A program made the position numbers and the translations under genes. Positions 23,364 to 32,112 of a stretch of DNA of 64,000 nucleotides are shown piece after piece. Origin of the DNA: an uncultured Acidimicrobiaceae bacterium (GTDB taxonomy: Bacteria; Actinomycetota; Acidimicrobiia; Acidimicrobiales; Palsa-688); NCBI GenBank assembly GCA_963729695.1, contig CAVSOT010000007.1:425332-489331 (forward strand). Direction: 5' to 3'. The notes beneath the pieces are model-generated. The model had not been told where the DNA came from and ran no database searches. It was given only the letters and a program-made list of their open reading frames with translations. Positions within the stretch are counted from its first letter, which is position 1, and every line of letters starts with the position of its first letter.

Positions 23364-24647
23364 ATGGCAAAGAGCCTCGACGTTAACGCCGTATCATATC
23401 CGTTGTGGGGGACAGGCGAGGCCGTCCAGATTTCGACGGATCGTTATGTCTCCAAGGAGTTCACCCGGCTCGAAAATGAGCGCCTGTGGCCATATACCTG
23501 GCAGCTGGCCTGCCGCGAAGAGGAAATATCTGACGTGGGAGATTTCCTCGAATACGAGATATTGGATCAGTCTATATTGCTCATTCGGACGAGTCCCGAC
23601 GTGATCAAGGGCTACCGCAATGCCTGTTTGCATCGCGGCACACAACTGAAAAAGGGCTGCGGTTGGACGGCGGCGTTGACCTGTCCGTTCCACGCCTGGA
23701 CTTGGAATCTGGATGGCAGCATCAACACGGTTGTCGGCCGGGAGGATTTCCCAGGCCTGGAGGACGCGGAGCTGCAACTGCCGGAGTGTGCCGTGGGTCG
23801 CTGGGAGGGGTTCGTGTTCGTGAACCTCGATGTCGACGCCGTACCCCTGGATGAGTTCCTCACGCCCGTGGCCGAGCACCTGGCGCCCTGGCAGCTCGGG
23901 CGCCATCGGTTGACCTCCTGGCGCACCACGATCATCAAGTGCAACTGGAAGGTTGCGGTCGAGGCGTTCGAGGAGTACTACCACGCGCTCGGGACCCATC
24001 CCCAGGCGCTCCCGATGTCGGACGATGTCAACACGTCGTACGACAACTTCGGCCCGCATTCCCGGATGATCGTGCCGACCGGCGTGGCCAGTCCTCGGCT
24101 CGGTGCCTTCACCGAAAAGGACGTGCTCGACGCCATGATCGCCTCGTTGCAGGACGTGCAGCTGGCCGCCGACGAGGCCGGCGCGCTCGGGGAGGTGGAG
24201 CTGCCGGCGGGTAAAACGGCCCGCCAGATGTTCCAGGACATGGCTCGCGAGCGCTACGCCCGGGTGCTGACCGACCTGGAGGGTGACCAGTGGCTCGACG
24301 ACTGGGAGTACACGATCTTCCCCAACTACGTGTTCAACTGTCTCCCGGGGGAGGTGTTCAGCTTCGCCGCCCGGCCCCATGGGGACGATCCCGACTCGTG
24401 CTACTTCGACGTGATCAGCCTGAGCCTCGATCCATCCGGTGAGGAGGCGCCCAAGGTCGAGCGCCAGTTTGTGGAGGACTCCCTGGATCCCAGCTGGGGA
24501 GGGACGCTGCTGCAGGACATGCGCAACCTGCCGCGGATCCAGGCCGGCATGCACTCCCGGCCTTTTGTCCGGCTGGCTGCCTACCAAGAGAAGCGGATGC
24601 TCAACCGTCACAACTACGTCGACAAGTACATCGAAGCCAGGAGCTGA
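23364..24647 (+). CDS. Rieske (2Fe-2S) aromatic-ring-hydroxylating oxygenase, alpha subunit
   Basis: Rieske motif CLHRGTQLKKGCGWTAALTCPFHAW. RBS AAAGGGGGA lies upstream of the ATG. Confidence 0.9.
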   Translation: MAKSLDVNAVSYPLWGTGEAVQISTDRYVSKEFTRLENERLWPYTWQLACREEEISDVGDFLEYEILDQSILLIRTSPDVIKGYRNACLHRGTQLKKGCGWTAALTCPFHAWTWNLDGSINTVVGREDFPGLEDAELQLPECAVGRWEGFVFVNLDVDAVPLDEFLTPVAEHLAPWQLGRHRLTSWRTTIIKCNWKVAVEAFEEYYHALGTHPQALPMSDDVNTSYDNFGPHSRMIVPTGVASPRLGAFTEKDVLDAMIASLQDVQLAADEAGALGEVELPAGKTARQMFQDMARERYARVLTDLEGDQWLDDWEYTIFPNYVFNCLPGEVFSFAARPHGDDPDSCYFDVISLSLDPSGEEAPKVERQFVEDSLDPSWGGTLLQDMRNLPRIQAGMHSRPFVRLAAYQEKRMLNRHNYVDKYIEARS

Positions 24648-24652
24648 GCTGG

Positions 24653-25810
24653 GTGGAGGTCTTCAACTTCAACTTGATGCCCTGGCCTTACCTGCCTGCG
24701 GATTACTCCGATCCGGCCTGGGTGACATGCCCCAACGCCCTCTACGATCCGATGCTCGGCCACCAGCTGTACAACGACTATCTCGATCAGCTCGAGTACT
24801 CCGAAGAGCTGGGTTTCGACGGCGTCGTGATCAACGAGCACCATCAGACTGCCTATGGCGGCATGCCGAGTCCCAACGTGGTGGCTGGCATGCTGGCCCG
24901 GCGGACTTCGAAGGTCAAGATCGCGGTCATGGGCGCGGCGTTGCCCCTGTACAACCCGCCGCTTCGGGTCGCGGAGGAGTATGCCCTGCTCGACGTGGTG
25001 ACAGGCGGCCGTCTCATCGCCGGGATGGTGCTCGCCGCCGGTCCCGAATATCTCAACTTCGGTATCAAACCGACTGAAGCGAGGGCCCGGTTCAACGAGG
25101 CGCTGGAGCTCATCCTGCAGGCCTGGACCCGCCCCGGGCCCTTCGAGTTCAACGGCCGGTTCAACAAGGTGAAGTACGTCAACCCGTGGCCGAGACCTAT
25201 CCAGACGCCACATCCGCCGATCTGGATCCCGGGTGCCGGCTCGCTGGAGACCATCGAACTGGTCTCTCGTCACGGGTTCGGATACGCAGGCATCCCCTTC
25301 TTCGATAGGGGCTACCTGGGCAAGACCTACCAGACCTTCCGGCGGAAGTGGCAGGAGGCCGGCCGGGCGCCCGACCCCGGTAAGATGGCCTTGCTGATGC
25401 CCATATTCGTCGGCGAGAGCGACCGCGCGGCACGTGAACAGTTCGAGCCGCACATGTGGTACTTCGTCCGGAAGCTGATCAATGGGATCGGCTTGGCCCC
25501 GCCCGGCTACATGTCGCCGGAGTCGACCATGCGGATGATGGCCTCGGTCGGCAGCATCATCCAATCCGCGGAGACGTGGGACGATATCGATAAAGGCGAG
25601 TACGTGATTGTTGGTAGCCCAGAGACCGTCACCGAGCGGTTGTCGGAGCGGATCGCCGAAATAGGCGCCGGAAACCTCTACGCCATCATGCAGTTCGGCT
25701 CGATGCCCAACGATATGGTCCGCAGGAATCTCGAGCTGTTCTCGGAGGAGGTCTTGCCCTCTATCCGTAAGGAGTTCCCGGCAGGGGCTCCATGGCCAAA
25801 GGGGGAGTAG
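24653..25810 (+). CDS. LLM-class flavin-dependent oxidoreductase
   Basis: Luciferase-like N-terminus (GFDGVVINEHHQTAYGGMPSPNVVAGMLA, LRVAEEYALLDVVTGGRLIAG). Paralog of the fragment at 1..851. Confidence 0.85.
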   Translation: MEVFNFNLMPWPYLPADYSDPAWVTCPNALYDPMLGHQLYNDYLDQLEYSEELGFDGVVINEHHQTAYGGMPSPNVVAGMLARRTSKVKIAVMGAALPLYNPPLRVAEEYALLDVVTGGRLIAGMVLAAGPEYLNFGIKPTEARARFNEALELILQAWTRPGPFEFNGRFNKVKYVNPWPRPIQTPHPPIWIPGAGSLETIELVSRHGFGYAGIPFFDRGYLGKTYQTFRRKWQEAGRAPDPGKMALLMPIFVGESDRAAREQFEPHMWYFVRKLINGIGLAPPGYMSPESTMRMMASVGSIIQSAETWDDIDKGEYVIVGSPETVTERLSERIAEIGAGNLYAIMQFGSMPNDMVRRNLELFSEEVLPSIRKEFPAGAPWPKGE

Positions 25811-26622
25811 GGGTGGAGACACTCTCAGTCGACGGCAAGACGATCCGCATCTACTCCGGCGGGAGCGGACGCCCCCTCGTCTATCTCCATTCCGCCTTCG
25901 GCGAAGTCGGCCCCATCGCTGTGTTCAAGGCCCTGGAGGAGCGGGGCTTTGCCATCACTGCGCCGGAGCTGTCGGGATTTGGTAAGTCGGAGACGATCAC
26001 CGACTGGGACTCGATCGAAGACGTGGTGTACTACCTTCGCCGCGTGCTGGACGAAGCCGGCGTCGGGCGGGCGATCCTGGCCGGATCGTCGATCGGTGGC
26101 TGGCTGGCCGCGGAGCTGGCCGTGTGGTTCCCCGACCGGGTGGCCGGGCTCGTGCTCCTCGACGCGGCTGGGCTCCGGCTCGACGAGGTCCCGCTGATGG
26201 ATCTGTTCATGGCCCCCCAGGATCAGGCGATGGCCGCCTCGAATCCACGCGGGGTCGATCTCATCGCCGCCCTGCAACCCGGGCTGGAGATCGAAGGCGA
26301 CCCGGAAGCGGCGATCATGATGCACTTTCTCCGAGCCATGGACACGGTCGCTCGCATCGGGTACAGCCCCTATCTGCACGACCCGAAGCTGCAGGCCCGG
26401 CTGGCTCAAGTCAAGGCGCCCACGCTCGTTCTCTGGGGCGATCAAGATGGCTTGATACCCCTGGCCTACGGCGAAGCGTACGCATCCGGGATCGAAGGAG
26501 CTCACTTGGAAGTCATCGCCGATTCAGGGCATCTACCGGCTTTGGAACAGCCGGTCGCGGTGGCCGACGCCATCGCCCGCTTCTCCGAGAAGCTGCCTGA
26601 TACTGCGGAGGTCGGGGTATGA
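25792..26622 (+). CDS. alpha/beta hydrolase (meta-cleavage-product-hydrolase-like)
   Basis: GxSxG (GSSIGGW) and a C-terminal SGHLP His motif. Alternative start GTG 25813 preceded by GGGGGAG. Confidence 0.85.
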   Translation: MAKGGVGVETLSVDGKTIRIYSGGSGRPLVYLHSAFGEVGPIAVFKALEERGFAITAPELSGFGKSETITDWDSIEDVVYYLRRVLDEAGVGRAILAGSSIGGWLAAELAVWFPDRVAGLVLLDAAGLRLDEVPLMDLFMAPQDQAMAASNPRGVDLIAALQPGLEIEGDPEAAIMMHFLRAMDTVARIGYSPYLHDPKLQARLAQVKAPTLVLWGDQDGLIPLAYGEAYASGIEGAHLEVIADSGHLPALEQPVAVADAIARFSEKLPDTAEVGV

Positions 26623-27071
26623 GCGCCGAGAGCCAGGTCGGCGCCGATCAGGTGGAGACCGACCCGGTCGAGGTGATTCGACAGCTGCTCGAGCGGACCT
26701 CGGAGCTCGACAGGGACGGGGTGGCGGCCCTGTTCGACGAAAACATCCGGTTCGAACACATGTTCATGCCTGACGGCGAGCCGATGATCATCACATCGGG
26801 CGAAGAGCTGGCCAGGAGCCTGACCGACACGCTGCGTCGTTTTGACAGCTGGCACATCTGGATGACCAACGCCTACCGTCTGGTCGGGGATCCTTCGACC
26901 GTGATCTCGGAGTGGGCGAGTGAGGGTCGTTTGAAAAACGGCCACGAGTACCGCAACACCTACATAGGCATCCACAAGGTCGTCAATGGGCGCATCGTGT
27001 TCTGGAGAGAATACGCCCACCCCAGCCCCATGGAATTGGTCTGGCCCGAAGATCATCGCCCTGATATCTGA
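26619..27071 (+). CDS. SnoaL/NTF2-like (ketosteroid-isomerase-fold) protein
   Basis: 150 aa with a typical NTF2-like pattern (VIRQLLERTSELDRDGVAALFDENIRFE ... NGRIVFWREY). ATGA overlap with the upstream gene. Confidence 0.7.
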   Translation: MSAESQVGADQVETDPVEVIRQLLERTSELDRDGVAALFDENIRFEHMFMPDGEPMIITSGEELARSLTDTLRRFDSWHIWMTNAYRLVGDPSTVISEWASEGRLKNGHEYRNTYIGIHKVVNGRIVFWREYAHPSPMELVWPEDHRPDI

Positions 27072-27155
27072 GCCTCCTCCGGGTGTTCTAGATCACGCAT
27101 GGCAGGGGCCCGGGCCGGCCGGCTGACTGCGGCGTAGCCGCCCGGAAGGATCGGA

Positions 27156-28397
27156 GTGATGACACAGTCCAGGTTTGTACGCCTCATAGAGCGGTTCGAT
27201 CCGTTCGATCCCGAGTTCGTACAGCACTTCAACCAGGTTTGCGGAGACCTCAGGGAGCAATGCCCGGTTGCCCACAGTTCGGCGCACGGAGGGTTTTGGA
27301 CCTTCAGCCGGTTCGACGAGGTGCTGCACGGCTTTGCCGACAACGATGGCCTGTCGGCGGTTCCCACGGCGACGATTCCCCCCAATCCCAACGCGGTGCA
27401 CCTCCTGCCCCTTCAGGCGGACCCGGCCGAACACGGCGACCTCCGTCGATTCCTCAACCCGTACTTTCGGGCGGGGGCGGTTGGCAAATTCGAAGCGGGC
27501 ATCCGATCCGAGGTCACCGCGCTCATCGACGATTTCATCGAAGCCGGGCGCTGCGAGTTCATCGCCCAATTCGGTCGGCGCCTACCCGGCGCCGTCATCT
27601 TCCGCCAGCTGCTCGGGCTTCCCGAAAGCGAAGTGGACGAGGCCTACCACTGGGTGATGGCCATCATGCACGGCCACAACACCGACGAGTTCGGTCATAT
27701 CTTCGACAGTTTCTCGACTCTGGCCGCAGGCATGCTCGAACGCCGGCGGAACGAGGACCGCCGCGACGACGCCGTCGATGCCCTCCTGCACGGAACGATA
27801 GGGGACCGGCTCCTCACCGACGACGAGATCATCCGGACGCTCATGCTCCTCATCGCGGGTGGGCTGGACACGACCGCGCATGCCCTCGGCAACTTTGTCA
27901 TCAGGTTGGCGCACGACCCGGAGCTGCGGGGGCGCCTCGAAGCCGAGCCGCAGCGCATACCGGGAGCCATCGAGGAGCTGCTGCGCATCGACCCGCCGGC
28001 CGGTGGGCTCGTGCGCACGGCGGTGCGCGACCTGGTGATCGACGGCGCGGAAGTACGGGAGGGCGACCGGATCCTGCTCCTGGTCGCGGCGGCGAATCGA
28101 GACCCCCGCGAGTTCGAGGCGCCCGAGCGCATCGATCTCGACCGCACCCGCAATCGGCATCTGTCTTGGGGATACGGCACCCACTTCTGTCTCGGCGTGC
28201 ACCTGGCCCGCCTGGAACTACGGGTGGCGTTCGAGGAGATCCTCGACCGGCTCCACGACATTCAGGTGCTCGACCATCCCGTCCCCTACGACACGGGCTG
28301 TTCTAGGGGCCCCGTCGCCCTGCGCATCGGCTTCACGCCGGGACTGCGACGTGAGCCCCAGAGGTCAGCTGCGCACGCGTCCCCGAACGATGGCTGA
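27156..28397 (+). CDS. cytochrome P450
   Basis: Heme loop WGYGTHFCLGVHLARLE and EELLR. Confidence 0.9.
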   Translation: MMTQSRFVRLIERFDPFDPEFVQHFNQVCGDLREQCPVAHSSAHGGFWTFSRFDEVLHGFADNDGLSAVPTATIPPNPNAVHLLPLQADPAEHGDLRRFLNPYFRAGAVGKFEAGIRSEVTALIDDFIEAGRCEFIAQFGRRLPGAVIFRQLLGLPESEVDEAYHWVMAIMHGHNTDEFGHIFDSFSTLAAGMLERRRNEDRRDDAVDALLHGTIGDRLLTDDEIIRTLMLLIAGGLDTTAHALGNFVIRLAHDPELRGRLEAEPQRIPGAIEELLRIDPPAGGLVRTAVRDLVIDGAEVREGDRILLLVAAANRDPREFEAPERIDLDRTRNRHLSWGYGTHFCLGVHLARLELRVAFEEILDRLHDIQVLDHPVPYDTGCSRGPVALRIGFTPGLRREPQRSAAHASPNDG

Positions 28398-29286
28398 ATC
28401 CGCGCTTGGTATGGTGCTCGACTGGTTCGGCTGCGCGACCTTCCGGCTGCGGGCGCAGGGCGTGACGATCTTTCTGGACGCCTACATCGATCGGGTCGCG
28501 GGGGCTCCGGGCCCCGCCCTCACTGCCGATGACGTCGACGAGTGCGATTGGATGGTGATCGGCCACTCGCACTTCGATCACCTTTACGGTGCGGATCGCA
28601 TTGCCAGCTCGACCGGGTGTCGGATCATCGGCAGCTACGAGACGATCCGTGTCCTCGAATCGTGCGGGGTTCCGATCGACCAGATGATCTGCGTCTCCGG
28701 TGGGGAGCGCATCGAGCTGGCCGATGGGCTCCGGGTTTCGGTGTACCCGAGCCAGCATTCCTGCGTGTGGACCCACCGCCAGATGCCGCGGGTCGACGAG
28801 GTGTGCATCGGCGACCTCGGCGTCACGTGGCAGGAGCAGGCGGCGCGACTCGCCGACCTGGGCGCCTACTACGCCGGGCTCGGGGGCGCCCTGTTCGACC
28901 ATCTTCGGTCGACGCATCAAGGCGCAAGGGGCGACGGTGGCTCGTTGGTGTATCTCTTCGAGACGCCCGAGGGTTCGCTTCTCTACCAGGACACTTCGGG
29001 ATGCTGGACGGGGGTGCTCCGTGACCTCCGACCGGATGTCGCCATTCTGGCCGCGGCTGGTCGGGGCAACCTCGATGGGGATCCCATCCAGGGGAGCCTG
29101 GCCCAGTTCGTCGCTCGGGAGGTGGCTCTGCTGAGGCCCCGACAGGTCGTGCTCAGTCACCATGATGACTGGCTCCCCGGGTTTTCCGTCGAGACTGACG
29201 TCGGGCCTATCCGATCTGAGCTTTCCCGCCTGGCCCCGAGCGCCGAGCTGCGGGAAATCGGGTATCTCGATGGGACGGTGCTGTAG
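28390..29286 (+). CDS. MBL-fold metallo-hydrolase
   Basis: HxHxDH (VIGHSHFDHLYG). ATG 28390 (MAESALGMVLDWFG...) overlaps the P450 stop by 8 nt. Confidence 0.75.
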   Translation: MAESALGMVLDWFGCATFRLRAQGVTIFLDAYIDRVAGAPGPALTADDVDECDWMVIGHSHFDHLYGADRIASSTGCRIIGSYETIRVLESCGVPIDQMICVSGGERIELADGLRVSVYPSQHSCVWTHRQMPRVDEVCIGDLGVTWQEQAARLADLGAYYAGLGGALFDHLRSTHQGARGDGGSLVYLFETPEGSLLYQDTSGCWTGVLRDLRPDVAILAAAGRGNLDGDPIQGSLAQFVAREVALLRPRQVVLSHHDDWLPGFSVETDVGPIRSELSRLAPSAELREIGYLDGTVL

Positions 29287-29298
29287 CCGGCCCGGTCG

Positions 29299-31425
29299 GT
29301 GCACTCATCGTGGTTGACACCCGGCGGACCGTGTGAGACGGTGATGTTTGCTTTGAGCCGAGCAGGTAGTTCGTTGAGGACAACCGCTGTCGTCGGAGCC
29401 GGGGCCAGCGGCCTGTCGGCCGCCTGGCACGTGGCCCGTCGGGGTCATCACGTCATCCTGATCGACCATCAGGGGGCCGGGGGACAACTGTTGAACGTTG
29501 GCGTCATCGAGTCCGTTCCTGGTCTCGGGTCGTCGGTACGGGGGCCCGACCTGGTCGCTCGAATGGTGCAGCAGATGGATGAGCAGAAGATCGAGTGGCT
29601 GCACGAGCGGGCTGTCAACATCGGGCACCGGTCGAACCGGTTCCGGATCCTCACCGACGCGGGTTCCGAGGTCGTGGCCGACGCCGTCATCGTGGCAACC
29701 GGATCTTGGCACCGCCAACTCGGTGTTCCCGGCGAGGACGCCCTCGAGCACCGGGGCGTGTCCCACTGCGCCGTCTGTGACGGCCCGCTCTACCGGGATC
29801 GACCAGTAGCAGTGGTGGGTGGCGGCGACGCGGCCGCCGACGCCGCCGCCTACCTGGCCGGCATCTGCTCGCGGGTTCACCTCGTGCACCGAGCGGGTCG
29901 ACTCGAAGCGGTTGATGCCTTGTGTCGCCGGCTCTATGGGCTCCCCAACGTGGAGCATTGGCCCGACACGGAGGTGCGTCGCATCGGTGGGGACACAGCG
30001 GTCGAGGCGGTGGAGATCGAAGACGGCGCCGGGGGGAGGCGGAGCATCGAAGTAGCCGCTGTCTTCGTCGCCGTCGGGATGGATCCCGACGCCTCCTTGG
30101 TCGCCGGCCTCGCCCAGCTCGACCCCTCAGGATGCGTGGCGGTCGATGCCGGCCTGATGACAAACGTCCCGGGCCTGTTCGCCGTGGGAGCGGTCCGGGC
30201 GGGGACCTCCGGCCAGCTGGCGGGCTCCATCGGCGACGGTGTCGCCGCCGCCGCGGCCGCGGATGGGTGGCTTCGGTCCCAGCGCCCGCCGGCCGGTAGT
30301 CCAGGGTTGGCTCGTAGTCCAGGGTCGGCTCGTAGTCCAGGGTCGGCCCTTCGTCCGGGATGGGCCGGTGGTCCCGGATGGCCCGGCAACGCCACTCGCA
30401 CCCGTCGTCTCGACGATGGCTCGGACTACGTCGACTACGGCGACTTCTTCGACTCGATGGGCGAAGTCGGGGTCGGCGATGGATTGCCTCTTGTGCCGCC
30501 TACACCGGCGCGTTTCGACCGCTTCGCCACCGCGTTGGCGTGCGATCCCTACGAACTGCTGCCGGCTCTTCCGGACGGCCGCCGGCTGCGCTACGCCGAC
30601 CTCGTCATGTCCGCCATCCTGGCCGGCTGCCGCCCGGAGTACATGCCGGTGGTCGCGGCCGCAGCCGAGTCGCTGTTGACGGATCTCGCCGGCCGGCAAC
30701 CGCGACTGCCCGACTCCGTTGCGGTCGTCCTCGTCAACGGTCCCGTCCGGGAGACGATCGGCCTCAATTGCTCGGACGGCCTCTTCGGGCCGGGGTGGCG
30801 AGCCAATGCCACCATCGGGCGGGCCGTTCAGCTGTTCCTCCGTGGGCAGGTCGACGATCGCCGGCCGACCGGGTTCGGCGACGCCGGACAGATCGCGTTC
30901 TGCTTCGGAGAAGATGAACAAACGTCGCCCTGGACGCCACTGCACGTCCAGCGGGGATTAGATCCAGGCCAGAGCACGGCCACCGTTTTCGTGGCCAACG
31001 CCTACCGGCACATGCTGGACCGTCAGAACACTGATGCGGACGGGATCATCGAGTACCTGCGGCTGTTCCTTCGCGGCCGGGCCTCAGGAACCCGACTGTT
31101 CGGCGACGTCCCGCTAACCCTGATGGTCGTCATCGGTCGGGAGCTGCGGCGCCAGTTGGCCCCGCGCTATTCGAAGGCGGAGCTATCCGAACGGCTGTTC
31201 GACCTTCTGACCCTGGACGACGGGACGCCCTTTGGGCCAATCGACGTGCCCGATGCCGACCACGTTCTGATCGTCGGGGCGGGAGGCGTCGCCACCCCCG
31301 CACTATGGTGCTTTGTCGCGGCGGCGTCGCCGCCCGTTACCGTGCCGGTCCGCGATCCGGGACTCGCCTTCGGATCTGGGCCGCCGCCACGAGCTCGAGA
31401 GATGAGCCAAGGAGAAGCGAGATGA
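29299..31425 (+). CDS. fusion protein: thioredoxin-reductase-like flavoprotein (CAVC) + Pro/Gly-rich repeat linker + domain X
   Basis: VVGAGASGLSAAWHVARRG (FAD GxGxxG), GVSHCAVCDGPLY (TrxB-type redox disulfide), VVGGGDAAADAA (NADPH site) and GLFAVGAV. The C-terminal DGLPLVPPTPAR...LAGCRPEYMPVV...VNGPV...WRANATIGRA...FCFGEDEQ is domain X. Start may be ATG 29344. Confidence 0.85.
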   Translation: MHSSWLTPGGPCETVMFALSRAGSSLRTTAVVGAGASGLSAAWHVARRGHHVILIDHQGAGGQLLNVGVIESVPGLGSSVRGPDLVARMVQQMDEQKIEWLHERAVNIGHRSNRFRILTDAGSEVVADAVIVATGSWHRQLGVPGEDALEHRGVSHCAVCDGPLYRDRPVAVVGGGDAAADAAAYLAGICSRVHLVHRAGRLEAVDALCRRLYGLPNVEHWPDTEVRRIGGDTAVEAVEIEDGAGGRRSIEVAAVFVAVGMDPDASLVAGLAQLDPSGCVAVDAGLMTNVPGLFAVGAVRAGTSGQLAGSIGDGVAAAAAADGWLRSQRPPAGSPGLARSPGSARSPGSALRPGWAGGPGWPGNATRTRRLDDGSDYVDYGDFFDSMGEVGVGDGLPLVPPTPARFDRFATALACDPYELLPALPDGRRLRYADLVMSAILAGCRPEYMPVVAAAAESLLTDLAGRQPRLPDSVAVVLVNGPVRETIGLNCSDGLFGPGWRANATIGRAVQLFLRGQVDDRRPTGFGDAGQIAFCFGEDEQTSPWTPLHVQRGLDPGQSTATVFVANAYRHMLDRQNTDADGIIEYLRLFLRGRASGTRLFGDVPLTLMVVIGRELRRQLAPRYSKAELSERLFDLLTLDDGTPFGPIDVPDADHVLIVGAGGVATPALWCFVAAASPPVTVPVRDPGLAFGSGPPPRAREMSQGEAR
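30296..30385 (+). repeat. in-frame 18-nt (6-aa) tandem repeat, 5 diverging copies, forming the inter-domain linker
   Basis: GTAGTCCAGGGTTGGCTC / GTAGTCCAGGGTCGGCTC / GTAGTCCAGGGTCGGCCC / TTCGTCCGGGATGGGCCG / GTGGTCCCGGATGGCCCG, encoding GSPGLARSPGSARSPGSALRPGWAGGPGWPG. Confidence 0.7.
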
Positions 31426-32112
31426 ACCCTCTGGTGCGTCCGGTGAACGTTCGAAACGAGGTCGGAGTGGTGTGCGACCCGCTCGCTCCCTTGCCGGCCG
31501 GCGATGGCCGCGCCGAGCGGACCGTTGCCTCCCGGCCCTCGTCGCTCGACGGCAAGGTGCTCGCCGTGATCGACAACGGGATGGGCCAGCAAGCTCCAGG
31601 ACTGGGTTTCGGAGAGGTCTTGGTCCGGAAGCTGAAGGAGGTGGCCGACATTGCCGATGTCATCTACGTTCGCAAGGACGCGGTCAACGTCCCCCCTCGC
31701 CCAGAGGACTGGATGGAGATATGCCGTCGTGGCGACGTCGGTCTGGCCCTCTACGGCGCTTGAGGGAGTTGCAGCTCGCGCAGTTTCGCGCGACGCCATA
31801 GAGCTCGAGTGGGCTGGCATACCGGCAGTAGCGGTGGTGCACGAGGCGCTGGCCGGCTCGGCCGACGCCATGAGGTTGATGTCGGGGATCCCGCACTATC
31901 CGTTTCTCGAGGTCAACTTCCCGTTACCCCCGGTCGGCCCGTGGACCGTCGAGCAGGTTGAGGCTGTGTGCGACGAGCTGCTCCCCGGAGTGATCGAACA
32001 ATTGACCCACGACATCGCCGGGCCCGCGGCGCGTGACCAGCAGTCCGCCCCTGCGCTGGTCCCTGCCGGTGATGCCGTCGCAGAGGATCGGCCGAGGGCC
32101 CCGGCGCCGTGA
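31422..32112 (+). pseudogene. UGSC-motif (seleno)protein paralog; needs TGA 31761 recoding and a +1 frame correction near 31779 (pseudogene or assembly indel)
   Basis: ATG 31422 overlaps the upstream stop (ATGA). Frame 0 gives ...DVGLALYGA-TGA-GSCSS. The homologous continuation AVSRDAIELEWAGIPAVAVVHEAL...PFLEVNFP is in the +1 frame through TGA 32110-32112. The span is 3n+1 nt. Confidence 0.6.
31776..31793 (+). promoter_or_regulatory. SECIS-like hairpin downstream of second in-frame TGA
   Basis: TCGCGC-AGTTTC-GCGCGA, starting 12 nt after TGA 31761-31763. The loop contains GU. Confidence 0.4.
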
